Shown here: piece by piece, positions 29,819 to 38,382 of the stretch
How the letters are laid out: each line of letters starts with the position of its first letter
How positions within the stretch are numbered: position 1 is the stretch's first letter
Source: an uncultured Rhizobium sp.
Lineage (GTDB): Bacteria > Bacteroidota > Bacteroidia > NS11-12g > UBA955
Assembly (NCBI GenBank): GCA_964645755.1
Contig: CAZYBT010000008.1
Span: 1-51,501 of the forward strand
Direction of reading: 5' to 3'
Length of the DNA: 51,501 bases
Made by a program: the position numbers and the translations under genes
The notes under the pieces: model-generated
Seen by the model: the letters and a program-made list of their open reading frames with translations, nothing else
What the model was told of the DNA's origin: nothing
The model's database searches: none

Positions 29819-30523
29819 TTATTTGAAATATGCATTGATGGTGTAATTATCATAGAAATCTCGCATCAATGATATTAGGGTATTTTTCACAGTCACAGGA
29901 GCGGCTTGAGCTGAGAGTTTCACCTCCTTTTCAAGGCTAAAAAACTCCCTGTAACTTTGATCATCGGTTCTGTCTAAATGAAAAACACTGATATTGGTAA
30001 CATATGATGTTTTGCCTTTTTTGATATTTTCAATTTTCGCTTCCTCATAAACAATCATTTTTGAAGTTTTGAGATTGAATAAACAGTACGCCTCTTTGAG
30101 CAAAAAGAATGGCAGAGCTGAATGCGTTTCACCATTCTTTAAATCCAAAGGTATTCTGTAGAAAATCAATTGTTTGTTGACATCTTCAAAAGGAATCAGT
30201 AAAAAATCAGATTTTTGAATCACGTGCGATACCTTATTGAGCACATTTCCTTGATATGCAATGATGCACTGTTTATTGGTAAATGCCAATTTCCCTTGTT
30301 CACTTGCTATTTGAACCTTGAATTTTTTGTTCTTCGAAACTATCTCAAAATTCACGAATATACCGTCGAGTTGAATTTTAATTTCAACCAAATTATTTCT
30401 CAATATTCTTGATGTAGCATTGCCAACAGAATCAATTTTTAAACGGCTCTCCTCTACCGCTTTTGCTCCATTAGTGAGCAATAAACCCAAACAAAAAAGT
30501 CCTACACTAAAAAATTGCTTCAT
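29819..30523 (-). CDS. Hypothetical secreted protein
   Basis: ORF 29819..30571. I prefer ATG 30523 (MKQFFSVGLFCLGLLLTNGAKA, a signal peptide). No family recognised. Confidence 0.55.
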   Translation of the reverse strand: MKQFFSVGLFCLGLLLTNGAKAVEESRLKIDSVGNATSRILRNNLVEIKIQLDGIFVNFEIVSKNKKFKVQIASEQGKLAFTNKQCIIAYQGNVLNKVSHVIQKSDFLLIPFEDVNKQLIFYRIPLDLKNGETHSALPFFLLKEAYCLFNLKTSKMIVYEEAKIENIKKGKTSYVTNISVFHLDRTDDQSYREFFSLEKEVKLSAQAAPVTVKNTLISLMRDFYDNYTINAYFK

Positions 30524-30651
30524 CGGCTCAAAGTTAATATGTGAATCACACTTTTCCATATTCATAAACATTCATTATAATCAACATGAAAACAATAAAT
30601 AATAATTTATAAAACATTCGTGTGAAATTTGCAGAACATTCGTTATCAGCT

Positions 30652-30846
30652 ATGAAACAAAAATTTGCATTCGATTTCTTTTTTACACTTGCCATTTTCG
30701 CAATTTATCGCTATTTCGCCACTTCAAACGACCCAATTTTATCGCAATTGCTCAGTGCCATTGCTGTCATTAGTATACTCTTAGCCGCAAAATCACAAAG
30801 TTTTCACCAACACTTTAACTCAAATTCTAATGATGCAAATAGCTAA
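30652..30846 (+). CDS. Possible small membrane protein upstream of the SbtA-like permease
   Basis: ORF 30622..30846, which starts at GTG; internal ATG at 30652. Two hydrophobic segments (FFFTLAIFAIYRYF; LLSAIAVISILLAA). Ends 2 nt before the next gene. No homology recognised. Confidence 0.3.
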   Translation: MKQKFAFDFFFTLAIFAIYRYFATSNDPILSQLLSAIAVISILLAAKSQSFHQHFNSNSNDANS

Positions 30847-30848
30847 TC

Positions 30849-31817
30849 ATGGAATTTGAAATCCTTATCAGCAACCTCACCAATCCTACCCTCTTATTTT
30901 TTATTCTTGGCATCATTGCCACCCGGGTAAAAAGCGATTTGTTTATCCCAGAATCTACGAGCAAATTCATCTCGCTCTATTTATTGTTATCGATAGGATT
31001 TAAGGGCGGACAAGAATTGTCGCACAGCGGCGTCAACAAAGAAATTATATATTCGTTAATATTTGGATTGGCATTGGCATCTCTGATTCCTTTTTACACA
31101 TTTTTTGTATTACGAAAACGATTAAGCACCAGTGATTCTGCCGCTGTAGCCGCCTCATACGGCTCGGTTAGCGCGGTTACCTTCGTTGCTGCAATTTCTT
31201 TTTTAGAGGCTCAAAAGCTTTCTTCTGGGGGACATATGGTGGCGGTCATGGCCTTAATGGAGTCGCCCGCAATTATTGTGGGGGTAATATTGCTCAAGCA
31301 ATTTGAAAAGGACAAGTCAATGTCCCCCATAATCAATTTAAAAAACATCATACAGCATTCATTCACAAATGGTAGTGTTTTGATGATCCTTGGCAGCTTG
31401 GTGATTGGCCTTATTGCTGATGCGAAGCAAGCAGAAGGGATAAAACCCTTTACGAACGATATTTTCAAGGGTTTTTTGGCCATATTCCTACTCGAAATGG
31501 GCATGGTTACCGCAAGAAGAATTGGAGCTTTTAGAAAATATGGTTGGTATGTTAGTGTTTTTGCTGTTGTCGTCCCTGCTTTTAATGGAAGTTTGGTGGC
31601 ATGGACAAGCCAAATTGTCACACACGATATTGCAAACCGGTTTGTTTTTGCAATTTTAGCAGCGAGTGCTTCTTATATTGCTGTGCCGGCAGCCATGAAA
31701 CTAGCTGCGCCAAAAGCCGATCCTGGTTTATATTTACCGATGGCCTTGGGGGTAACATTTCCGTTTAATATCACAATCGGAATGCCCCTTTATTGGATGA
31801 TTGTGCAACATTTTTAA
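30849..31817 (+). CDS. Sodium-dependent bicarbonate transport family permease (SbtA-like, DUF897/Sbt_1)
   Basis: 322 aa and polytopic. N-terminal LLFFILGIIATRVKSDLFIPESTSKFISLYLLLSIGFKGGQEL and the overall architecture resemble SbtA-family permeases. Confidence 0.65.
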   Translation: MEFEILISNLTNPTLLFFILGIIATRVKSDLFIPESTSKFISLYLLLSIGFKGGQELSHSGVNKEIIYSLIFGLALASLIPFYTFFVLRKRLSTSDSAAVAASYGSVSAVTFVAAISFLEAQKLSSGGHMVAVMALMESPAIIVGVILLKQFEKDKSMSPIINLKNIIQHSFTNGSVLMILGSLVIGLIADAKQAEGIKPFTNDIFKGFLAIFLLEMGMVTARRIGAFRKYGWYVSVFAVVVPAFNGSLVAWTSQIVTHDIANRFVFAILAASASYIAVPAAMKLAAPKADPGLYLPMALGVTFPFNITIGMPLYWMIVQHF

Positions 31818-31821
31818 ATCG

Positions 31822-32721
31822 TTATTTTTTCACTGCATTTTGAATTTTATTGGCTGAAGCCTGCACGTTATTTGAAATTGTATTGAGATTATCTTGACAT
31901 TTCACCAAAGACTTTTCTGTGTCTTGCATCATTTGCCATTCATTGCTGCAGGAAGCAATAAAGTTTCTGCCTTGTGTTTTTGTAATGAAATCATTATATG
32001 CCAATTGTAAATCGCCCTTGGTTTTATCTAATTGCATCGACAATGCATTCAACTGATTCATTTCTTGATCTATCAGCTTTGGCAATTCAACATTTTTATT
32101 GGGATTTTCACTCGCGAACTTTTGGGCGCCCAATTGAAATTCTGTCAATTGTTGATGGAAAACATCAATTTTATGATTTAAATCCACGATTGATTTTTCA
32201 AATTTAATTTTGTAATCGTTAACGTTTACCATTTGAATCTTTGGCACTACATTTTTAGAAATATAATCATTCGCTGCTGATGTTTTCGAAACCAACTGAT
32301 TGCAACTTGATTGCAATGTTTCCATTTTAGACTTGATGTTGTTGCGGGTAGCTTTGAGTTTTTCATATTCAGGGGTTCCAGAAATAATCTTGTCCTTACC
32401 TTGAGTGTAACTCTGAAATTGAGTATATTCCTGATTTAAATCTGCTTTTTGATTGTTAATATTAGATAAATCAGCATTTACATCTTGAAACATCCGGTCA
32501 GCATTTTGCATTTCTGGTGTTTTTTGATTGCATTGAATCTCTTTATATTTTGTTTGAAAATTCACAATTTGACTTTCCAATCCGCCGATGCTATTGAATG
32601 CTTGGTTGATTGAATTTTTAAGTGAGTGATCTACTTGGGAGGTTGTGTAATAAACTGAGCAGCTCGACAAACCAAGCGCAACCAAAATCGCTTTAAAAAT
32701 AAATCTATTGATATTCATCAT
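31822..32721 (-). CDS. Hypothetical coiled-coil lipoprotein
   Basis: ORF 31822..32742, which starts at GTG. I prefer ATG 32721 (MMNINRFIFKAILVALGLSSCS, a lipobox). Gln/Asn/Lys-rich helical sequence. Confidence 0.55.
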   Translation of the reverse strand: MMNINRFIFKAILVALGLSSCSVYYTTSQVDHSLKNSINQAFNSIGGLESQIVNFQTKYKEIQCNQKTPEMQNADRMFQDVNADLSNINNQKADLNQEYTQFQSYTQGKDKIISGTPEYEKLKATRNNIKSKMETLQSSCNQLVSKTSAANDYISKNVVPKIQMVNVNDYKIKFEKSIVDLNHKIDVFHQQLTEFQLGAQKFASENPNKNVELPKLIDQEMNQLNALSMQLDKTKGDLQLAYNDFITKTQGRNFIASCSNEWQMMQDTEKSLVKCQDNLNTISNNVQASANKIQNAVKK

Positions 32722-32838
32722 ATTCGTGAAGCAATGTAACACAAAAATTTGAATCTCATGAATGAAAGTATGAAATATTTTTGGTCAATGTTTTTAACGA
32801 TAACCATATATTTGAATTTACGCTATTGACATAAAGAC

Positions 32839-33636
32839 ATGAAAAAAATAGTTTTTAACGATCGAATCATTTACATCCTCATTCTTCTCAATGTTTTGGT
32901 GATTTACCTGCATTCTTTTGAAACATTTGGCCCATACTATTTTGCTTTGGATATCATTGATTCTTTGTTCACTTTGTTTTTTTGCATGGAGATTATCATT
33001 AAAATCAACAATTTTAAATCAAAAAAATTACATCATTATTTCAAAGATCATTGGAATAAAATTGATTTCTTTTCTATTTTATTGTCACTCCCTAGTTTAG
33101 GCGCTTTGTTCGTGCATAATTTAGAAATGTTTGCAGGATTTACTGTTTTGCGTTCGCTGAGAATTTTCAAACTATTGCGTATCATTGAATACATTCCAAA
33201 TGGCAAAAGAATCAGCGAACAAATGTTTAAAGCATTCAAAGGCGTTGGGTTTATTATGTTTTCGTTTTTTGTTTACACCACCATCATTTCATTGGTTTCA
33301 TTGAGTTTATTTAAACGCTATGCACCTGAATATTTTGCAAATGCCTTCGAAAGCTTTTATACCATTTTCAAAATTTTTTCGGGGGATGGTTTCTCTGATG
33401 TTGTCAATGCAGTCAAGGAAAATGCGAGTCCCCTTTTTACATCATTTGCAAAGTTTTACTTTGTTTTTATTGTCTTTACGGGCAGCATTTTAGGACTTTC
33501 ATTGATCAACAGTGTATTTATTGATCAAATGAATTCGCTCGCCAAAGAAGAAAAAGACTCTGAGGAAATTAAACTGCTTAAAGAACTCAAAAATGACATA
33601 GAAATGTTGAAAAAAAATCAAAACGATAAAAAATAA
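32839..33636 (+). CDS. Single-domain 6-TM voltage-gated ion channel family protein (BacNaV-like)
   Basis: 265 aa. S4-like FTVLRSLRIFKLLRIIEY with basic residues every third position. The pore region ESFYTIFKIFSGDGFSDV aligns by eye with NaChBac ESFYTLFQVMTLESWS. C-terminal coiled-coil tail. Confidence 0.7.
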   Translation: MKKIVFNDRIIYILILLNVLVIYLHSFETFGPYYFALDIIDSLFTLFFCMEIIIKINNFKSKKLHHYFKDHWNKIDFFSILLSLPSLGALFVHNLEMFAGFTVLRSLRIFKLLRIIEYIPNGKRISEQMFKAFKGVGFIMFSFFVYTTIISLVSLSLFKRYAPEYFANAFESFYTIFKIFSGDGFSDVVNAVKENASPLFTSFAKFYFVFIVFTGSILGLSLINSVFIDQMNSLAKEEKDSEEIKLLKELKNDIEMLKKNQNDKK

Positions 33637-33660
33637 GTGAGAAAAACCTATTTTCGCCAC

Positions 33661-34134
33661 ATGAAAAATCTTTTAACCAAGCTTTCAGCTGCTTTGATTT
33701 TAACCCTTGTTATCGTTGGTTGTGCAAAAGAATCACAAGTCATTGTGAAGCAAAATGTAGAGCCCGAATATGGCAAATTTTATGTTCGTGCAACAGTGAG
33801 TCCAGCTCTCCAATCGGGAAGTAGCGTTAATGGAAGCAACAATTTCGAACTAACTGTTGGAAATTACACGAAAGAATGGTTCAGTAACTCTGTGACTTCA
33901 GCCTTATCTGAAATGACCTCAGATTATTTTTTAGTTACAAAAAAACAAAACATTTTGGTCCAAGTAAAATTATTAAACTATTACGACAAAGTTTGCAGAA
34001 CTGTTAAGCTGGAATACTTTTTAGATGGCAATGTGATTCAGACCTCAGATTTGAGCATGGGATATAAAACAACTTCACCTGCAGTTTATTGCAAAGACAA
34101 TACGATTTTCCAAAAGAACATCATCATTGAATAA
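33661..34134 (+). CDS. Hypothetical lipoprotein
   Basis: ORF 33637..34134, which starts at GTG. I prefer ATG 33661 (MKNLLTKLSAALILTLVIVGCAK, a lipobox). Confidence 0.55.
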   Translation: MKNLLTKLSAALILTLVIVGCAKESQVIVKQNVEPEYGKFYVRATVSPALQSGSSVNGSNNFELTVGNYTKEWFSNSVTSALSEMTSDYFLVTKKQNILVQVKLLNYYDKVCRTVKLEYFLDGNVIQTSDLSMGYKTTSPAVYCKDNTIFQKNIIIE

Positions 34135-34152
34135 ACGATAAGACAATTCCTT

Positions 34153-34189
34153 AAAAAAGACTCCTGCCAAAACGGGAGTCTTTTTTTTT
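34153..34189 (+). terminator. Rho-independent terminator
   Basis: aaaaaagactcc-tgccaaaac-gggagtcttttttttt. GC-containing stem flanked by an A-run and a 9-T run, 19 nt after stop 34134. Confidence 0.8.
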
Positions 34190-34234
34190 ACAAACACTTC
34201 ATATTCAATACCTTAAAAAATATATCAAAAAATA

Positions 34235-34268
34235 TTTGGAGATTATCCAAAAATTCACATTAAATTTG
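34235..34268 (+). promoter_or_regulatory. Candidate metK promoter (-33 TTTG at 34235-34238; -7 TAAATTTG at 34261-34268)
   Basis: Both Bacteroidota sigma-A elements are present with a 22-nt spacer. The predicted transcription start falls at about 34272-34275, exactly where the putative riboswitch P1 helix begins. Confidence 0.5.
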
Positions 34269-34270
34269 CA

Positions 34271-34340
34271 GCAGTATCACGAGACCAAAAGGTCACCAAC
34301 CGAGCACTAACCCTGCTACGGTGGTAAAATGATGCGGACA
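34271..34340 (+). promoter_or_regulatory. Candidate SAM-I-clan riboswitch aptamer (SAM-I/IV- or SAM-IV-like three-way junction) in the metK leader
   Basis: Hand fold:
- P1: GUAUCA (34274-79) pairs with UGAUGC (34330-35).
- J1/2: CGAG (compare AGAG).
- P2: short, ACC-AAAA-GGU.
- P3 base: CCAACC (34296-301) pairs with GGUGG (34320-24) with a bulged A, mimicking the conserved SAM-I GCAACC/GGUGC. It is extended by AGCA/UGCU.
- No internal P4.
The element lies upstream of metK, the classic SAM-riboswitch target. Confidence 0.5.
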
Positions 34341-34509
34341 AAACGTCAAAAACAAAGGGAAATGAAAACAATCTTTCTACATTGCAGTGTTTTGAACATC
34401 GATTTCACCATCGAGTTTTTTACCGTGCTATTTTGTGTTTTGGCATTTTCGCAACAGGCCATTTTGAGTTTTTCGTGCTTCCTCAGCAAAAACTTAAACT
34501 CAAAATATC

Positions 34510-35667
34510 ATGAAAAAACACAATTATCTCTTTACTAGCGAATCTGTTTCTGCGGGACACCCCGACAAAGTTGCCGATCAAATTTCAGATGCAATTCTCG
34601 ATGCCTATCTCCTAGTTGACCCGCATGCAAAAGTGGCATGCGAAACCCTCATCTGCAACAACCAACTGGTCATTGCAGGCGAAATCACGTCCACCTTCAA
34701 GTTCGATGAAATTGCAATTGCCAAACATGTGCTTGAAAAAATTGGGTACAACGACATAAGCGTTGGTTTCGACTGGAAAACAGCCACTTACAACAACCAC
34801 ATCCATGCACAAAGTCCCGAAATTGCCCATTCTGTTTCCGATGGTGGCGTTGGTGATCAAGGCATAATGTTCGGATATGCCTGCAATGAAACACCCGAAT
34901 TGATGCCACTGCCCATTTCACTAGCCCATAAAATTGTAAAATCGCTTCATGTTTTGAGGGACAATGGCGGAATTGCTTGGTTGAGGCCCGATGCAAAATC
35001 TCAAGTCACTGCCAAATACGAAAATGGGAAACCTGTTTCCATCGAAAAAATAGTGGTTTCCACTCAACACTCCGAAGATGTTGACCAACATACCATTCGC
35101 AAAACAATCATTCAAAAAGTTGTAGAACCAATTTTAAAGGATTTAGACATCAATGCTTCCCCAATATATCTGATCAATCCATCTGGAAGTTTTACCATTG
35201 GTGGACCGTTTGGCGATACTGGACTCACTGGCAGAAAAATCATCGTAGATTCTTATGGGGGTAGCGCACCTCACGGTGGCGGTGCCTTTTCAGGGAAAGA
35301 CCCAAGTAAGGTAGACCGAAGTGCCAATTATGCAGCACGCTATATTGCCAAACACTTGGTGGCAGCAGGATTGGTAGATCGATGCACTGTGCAATTGTCT
35401 TATGCCATTGGAGTTGCTGAACCCACCTCTATTTTTATTGATACGGCTGGAACGGAAGTGGTAGACTTGGAGTTATTACACGAAATTGTCCCTCAAATTT
35501 TCCCTGTAAAACCCAATGACATCATCCGAGTATTGAAATTAAAACAGCCTATTTATGCACCAACAGCAAGCTACGGTCATTTTGGCAATGAAAACTACCC
35601 TTGGGAAGTGATTGATTCTGATAAAATTACCGCTTTGAGAAACTATTGTGGGATAGAAAATCCATGA
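34510..35667 (+). CDS. metK: S-adenosylmethionine synthetase
   Basis: 385 aa. Motifs GHPDKVADQISDAILDA, GVGDQGIMFGYA, DAKSQVT and GGGAFSGKDPSKVDRSANY. Confidence 0.97.
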   Translation: MKKHNYLFTSESVSAGHPDKVADQISDAILDAYLLVDPHAKVACETLICNNQLVIAGEITSTFKFDEIAIAKHVLEKIGYNDISVGFDWKTATYNNHIHAQSPEIAHSVSDGGVGDQGIMFGYACNETPELMPLPISLAHKIVKSLHVLRDNGGIAWLRPDAKSQVTAKYENGKPVSIEKIVVSTQHSEDVDQHTIRKTIIQKVVEPILKDLDINASPIYLINPSGSFTIGGPFGDTGLTGRKIIVDSYGGSAPHGGGAFSGKDPSKVDRSANYAARYIAKHLVAAGLVDRCTVQLSYAIGVAEPTSIFIDTAGTEVVDLELLHEIVPQIFPVKPNDIIRVLKLKQPIYAPTASYGHFGNENYPWEVIDSDKITALRNYCGIENP

Positions 35668-35930
35668 AAAATGAATGCAACCACGATGAAGAATTGAAAA
35701 ACCTTTTGAATTCCATTCAAGGGGTATCTCATGTAAATAACAACAATCAATATGTAAACTATGAGGAATTCCGAAACCAATATCTTGAAATTTTGGAAAA
35801 GTGTTCAGATTATCAGCTGCATTTACTGAGAGTCATATATAGTCAGACAAAGTACTTCAACGTTTTCATTCAAGCACAGAAATCAGCCTTGGAATATGAA
35901 ATCAATAAAAGAGAGAAACATTCATTATGA
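35664..35930 (+). CDS. Hypothetical 88-aa protein, translationally coupled to metK
   Basis: ATG 35664 overlaps the metK stop (ATGA, 35664-35667). ORF track 35646..35930 starts at GTG. No family recognised. Confidence 0.5.
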   Translation: MKNECNHDEELKNLLNSIQGVSHVNNNNQYVNYEEFRNQYLEILEKCSDYQLHLLRVIYSQTKYFNVFIQAQKSALEYEINKREKHSL

Positions 35931-36325
35931 GTAATAGAAGACCATTGCATTTAACATCGCTTGATCCAACCCAAAGAAGTTTTTTTGGGTATATTTTCGA
36001 CCCGGAATATGGCAATTTCAAAATGAAAATGCTCATTGATGACAATTCCAAAGAATTAGAAATCCCTTTCCACTACCCATTTTGGTTGGTGGACAGGGTT
36101 TCAATTCTCGATTTTATAGATAGGGAAAAAGATCGACTCCCCATTTTCTTCCATTATCCAGGTTTTGCTGTAGAAACGGATTACTCCTGCATTGAACCCA
36201 TTCCCGACGGGCACATGCATTTTCTGTTGCATCAAAGTGTTTTATCACAGCACATTTTGCGCATCAAACTCCTCCGGTGGAATGTCATTGAAATGAAATT
36301 TGAAATGATCAAATCATGGCCTTGA
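35927..36325 (+). CDS. Hypothetical 132-aa protein, translationally coupled to the preceding ORF
   Basis: ATG 35927 overlaps the previous stop (ATGA, 35927-35930). No family recognised. Confidence 0.55.
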   Translation: MSNRRPLHLTSLDPTQRSFFGYIFDPEYGNFKMKMLIDDNSKELEIPFHYPFWLVDRVSILDFIDREKDRLPIFFHYPGFAVETDYSCIEPIPDGHMHFLLHQSVLSQHILRIKLLRWNVIEMKFEMIKSWP

Positions 36326-36472
36326 GCAATTACTAAGTTTCACAATCAATAATCAGGCACAAAAACACCATAATTGGGTGTAATTTTTCTAAAAAATCCC
36401 AATGGATTAATTTTAAAGCATTTACCTCACCTCATGTTTCACAACGAGAAACAACACTGGTTTTGGGGGAAA

Positions 36473-37198
36473 TTACACTCCCCGAATCCAACCTATAATC
36501 CATAACGGAATTCCAATGATGGCGCCCATTCCTAGGGTTATGGGGGCTAATGCCGTTAACCAAAAACCGATCTTACCCCATGTTCCCAAATGATGATAAC
36601 TCAATTTATACATACCAAACATGAATAAAATCATTGAAGCAATGAGGATCAAACCCCCTAACATGGCAACCGCATAATAATTACCGCTATTGCCGCCAGC
36701 TACAAGAATAAAAAAACCGACCAACACACCCAAAAGCCCCAAAATCAATGAAATTATCGCACCGACACCCACATCTGAATCACTTTTAAATACTCTCTTT
36801 GCTTTCTGTTTGACATGCTTTAAATTTGGAAATTTCAATTTTGACTTAGAGCCAACAGATTTAAAAATTTCATTACCTGAGGTTTTTTCTACCAAAAGGG
36901 TTAAATCCTTTTTCTGAAATTCGCCATCTGCTTCAAAAGTTTTATTCGATGCAATCTTTTGTATCAAATAATGTTTTAGATTGCTGTCTTTTCTTTCCTC
37001 ACCAACTGGTTGATCATTCGTAACCGAATTATTTAAACATATTTCATTTTTATCCTTCAATATTTTCTCACCCGTTATTACCATTTTTCCGCAGTGACCT
37101 CCACCAAAGCCCTGTGTATCTGTATACTTACAAAGGCTTCCACATGATGTTAAGAACACTGCACCAATAAAATAGATAACGAATTGTATTTTTTTCAT
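36473..37198 (-). CDS. Hypothetical membrane lipoprotein
   Basis: 241 aa. Lipobox (GAVFLTSCGS) and a C-terminal cluster of 3-4 TM helices (GAIISLILGLLGVLVGFFILVAG...). Confidence 0.55.
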   Translation of the reverse strand: MKKIQFVIYFIGAVFLTSCGSLCKYTDTQGFGGGHCGKMVITGEKILKDKNEICLNNSVTNDQPVGEERKDSNLKHYLIQKIASNKTFEADGEFQKKDLTLLVEKTSGNEIFKSVGSKSKLKFPNLKHVKQKAKRVFKSDSDVGVGAIISLILGLLGVLVGFFILVAGGNSGNYYAVAMLGGLILIASMILFMFGMYKLSYHHLGTWGKIGFWLTALAPITLGMGAIIGIPLWIIGWIRGV

Positions 37199-37300
37199 GC
37201 CCGCAATTTAGTTGAAAATTGGAGTGATTATTGACAAATACAAGATGAATTTTACGGATTATCCTTAAACGGATAAATAATTTTTTGCATTTTTCGCCAA

Positions 37301-37330
37301 ACAATTCACCCTTGAATTGTTGTATCTTTG
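37301..37330 (+). promoter_or_regulatory. Perfect 8-bp inverted repeat (ACAATTCA-ccct-TGAATTGT) abutting a -7 box (TATCTTTG, 37323-37330) upstream of pirin paralogue 2
   Basis: Read directly from the sequence. The repeat arms are 37301-37308 and 37313-37320. The -7 box is 45 nt upstream of ATG 37375. Confidence 0.4.
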
Positions 37331-37374
37331 AAGAAAGGCAAAACATCGGACTTTTCCTTTAAAATCGAATTAAA

Positions 37375-38250
37375 ATGACACAAAGAACCGTTGAATTGGT
37401 GGTGAGTCCCGCAGAACCGCATTTTGTGGGGGACGGATTTAGGGTACACAATTTCATACCCAGTGTATATCAATTGAGCATGCAACGCATGAATCCTATT
37501 ATCATGATGGATTACAATTCGAAACACTATTTTTCTCCGTCGGCAACCCCACGTGGCGTTGGCGTTCATCCACATCGAGGTTTTGAAACCGTGACAATTG
37601 CATACAAAGGTAGGGTTGAACACCACGACAGCAGTGGCGGTGGCGGTGTTATTGGCGAAGGTGATGTTCAATGGATGACGGCTGCCAGTGGTGTTTTACA
37701 CAAAGAATTCCATGAAAAAGAATGGAGCAAAACAGGTGGTGAATTTCAAATGGTGCAGCTGTGGGTCAATCTCCCCGCAAAAGACAAAATGAGTCCACCA
37801 AAATATCAATCCATTGAGAACAAAAACATGGGTTGTTTTACACTCGAAAATCAGCTTGGTGAAATTGAAATTATTGCTGGAAATTATCAAGGAATTCAAG
37901 GCGCAGCAACCACCTTCACCCCAATGCACATGTACAACTTGAAGCTTAAAAAAGGCGGTTTGGCACCTATGAATTTCCCTAAAAACTTCAATACTTGTAT
38001 GGTTGTTATTGAGGGACAAATATCTGTGAATCAATCCAATAACATCCCCACAAACCATTTCATCTTGATGGCCAACGACGGAGAATCGTTTGAAGTTACA
38101 GCCAGTGAAGATTGTATTGTATTGGTATTGAGTGGAGAACCAATTTTAGAACCAATTGCAGCACATGGCCCATTTGTAATGAATACCAGAGAAGAATTGA
38201 TTCAAGCCTTCGAAGATTTTAACGATGGTAAATTTGGCGTGCTGAATTAA
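37375..38250 (+). CDS. Pirin family protein (long, bicupin form)
   Basis: 291 aa. GVGVHPHRGFETVTIAYKGRVEHHDSSGG and VQWMTAASGVLHKEFH, plus a C-terminal pirin domain (GPFVMNTREELIQAFEDFNDGKFG). Confidence 0.88.
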   Translation: MTQRTVELVVSPAEPHFVGDGFRVHNFIPSVYQLSMQRMNPIIMMDYNSKHYFSPSATPRGVGVHPHRGFETVTIAYKGRVEHHDSSGGGGVIGEGDVQWMTAASGVLHKEFHEKEWSKTGGEFQMVQLWVNLPAKDKMSPPKYQSIENKNMGCFTLENQLGEIEIIAGNYQGIQGAATTFTPMHMYNLKLKKGGLAPMNFPKNFNTCMVVIEGQISVNQSNNIPTNHFILMANDGESFEVTASEDCIVLVLSGEPILEPIAAHGPFVMNTREELIQAFEDFNDGKFGVLN

Positions 38251-38382
38251 AGTTGATAAATACACCAAAAAATTATAAACAGTGAGAAGAAAACCTTGAT
38301 TGGCAACCTATGTTTCAGGATTCCGATTAGAAAGAAGTGAGATTGTAAAAAAAGAAGTTTTCAATTGCTTGGTACAATAAAA

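Noticed and set aside
31211-31621. 136-aa minus-strand ORF
   Set aside because: It is antisense to the SbtA-like permease. This is typical of shadow ORFs opposite hydrophobic membrane-protein genes.
34329-34538. 69-aa ORF inside the metK leader
   Set aside because: It overlaps the metK start in another frame, lies in a region better explained by RNA structure (riboswitch expression platform), and has no family resemblance.
37306-38058. Minus-strand ORFs 37306..37671 and 37696..38058
   Set aside because: Both are antisense to the well-supported bicupin pirin gene 37375..38250.
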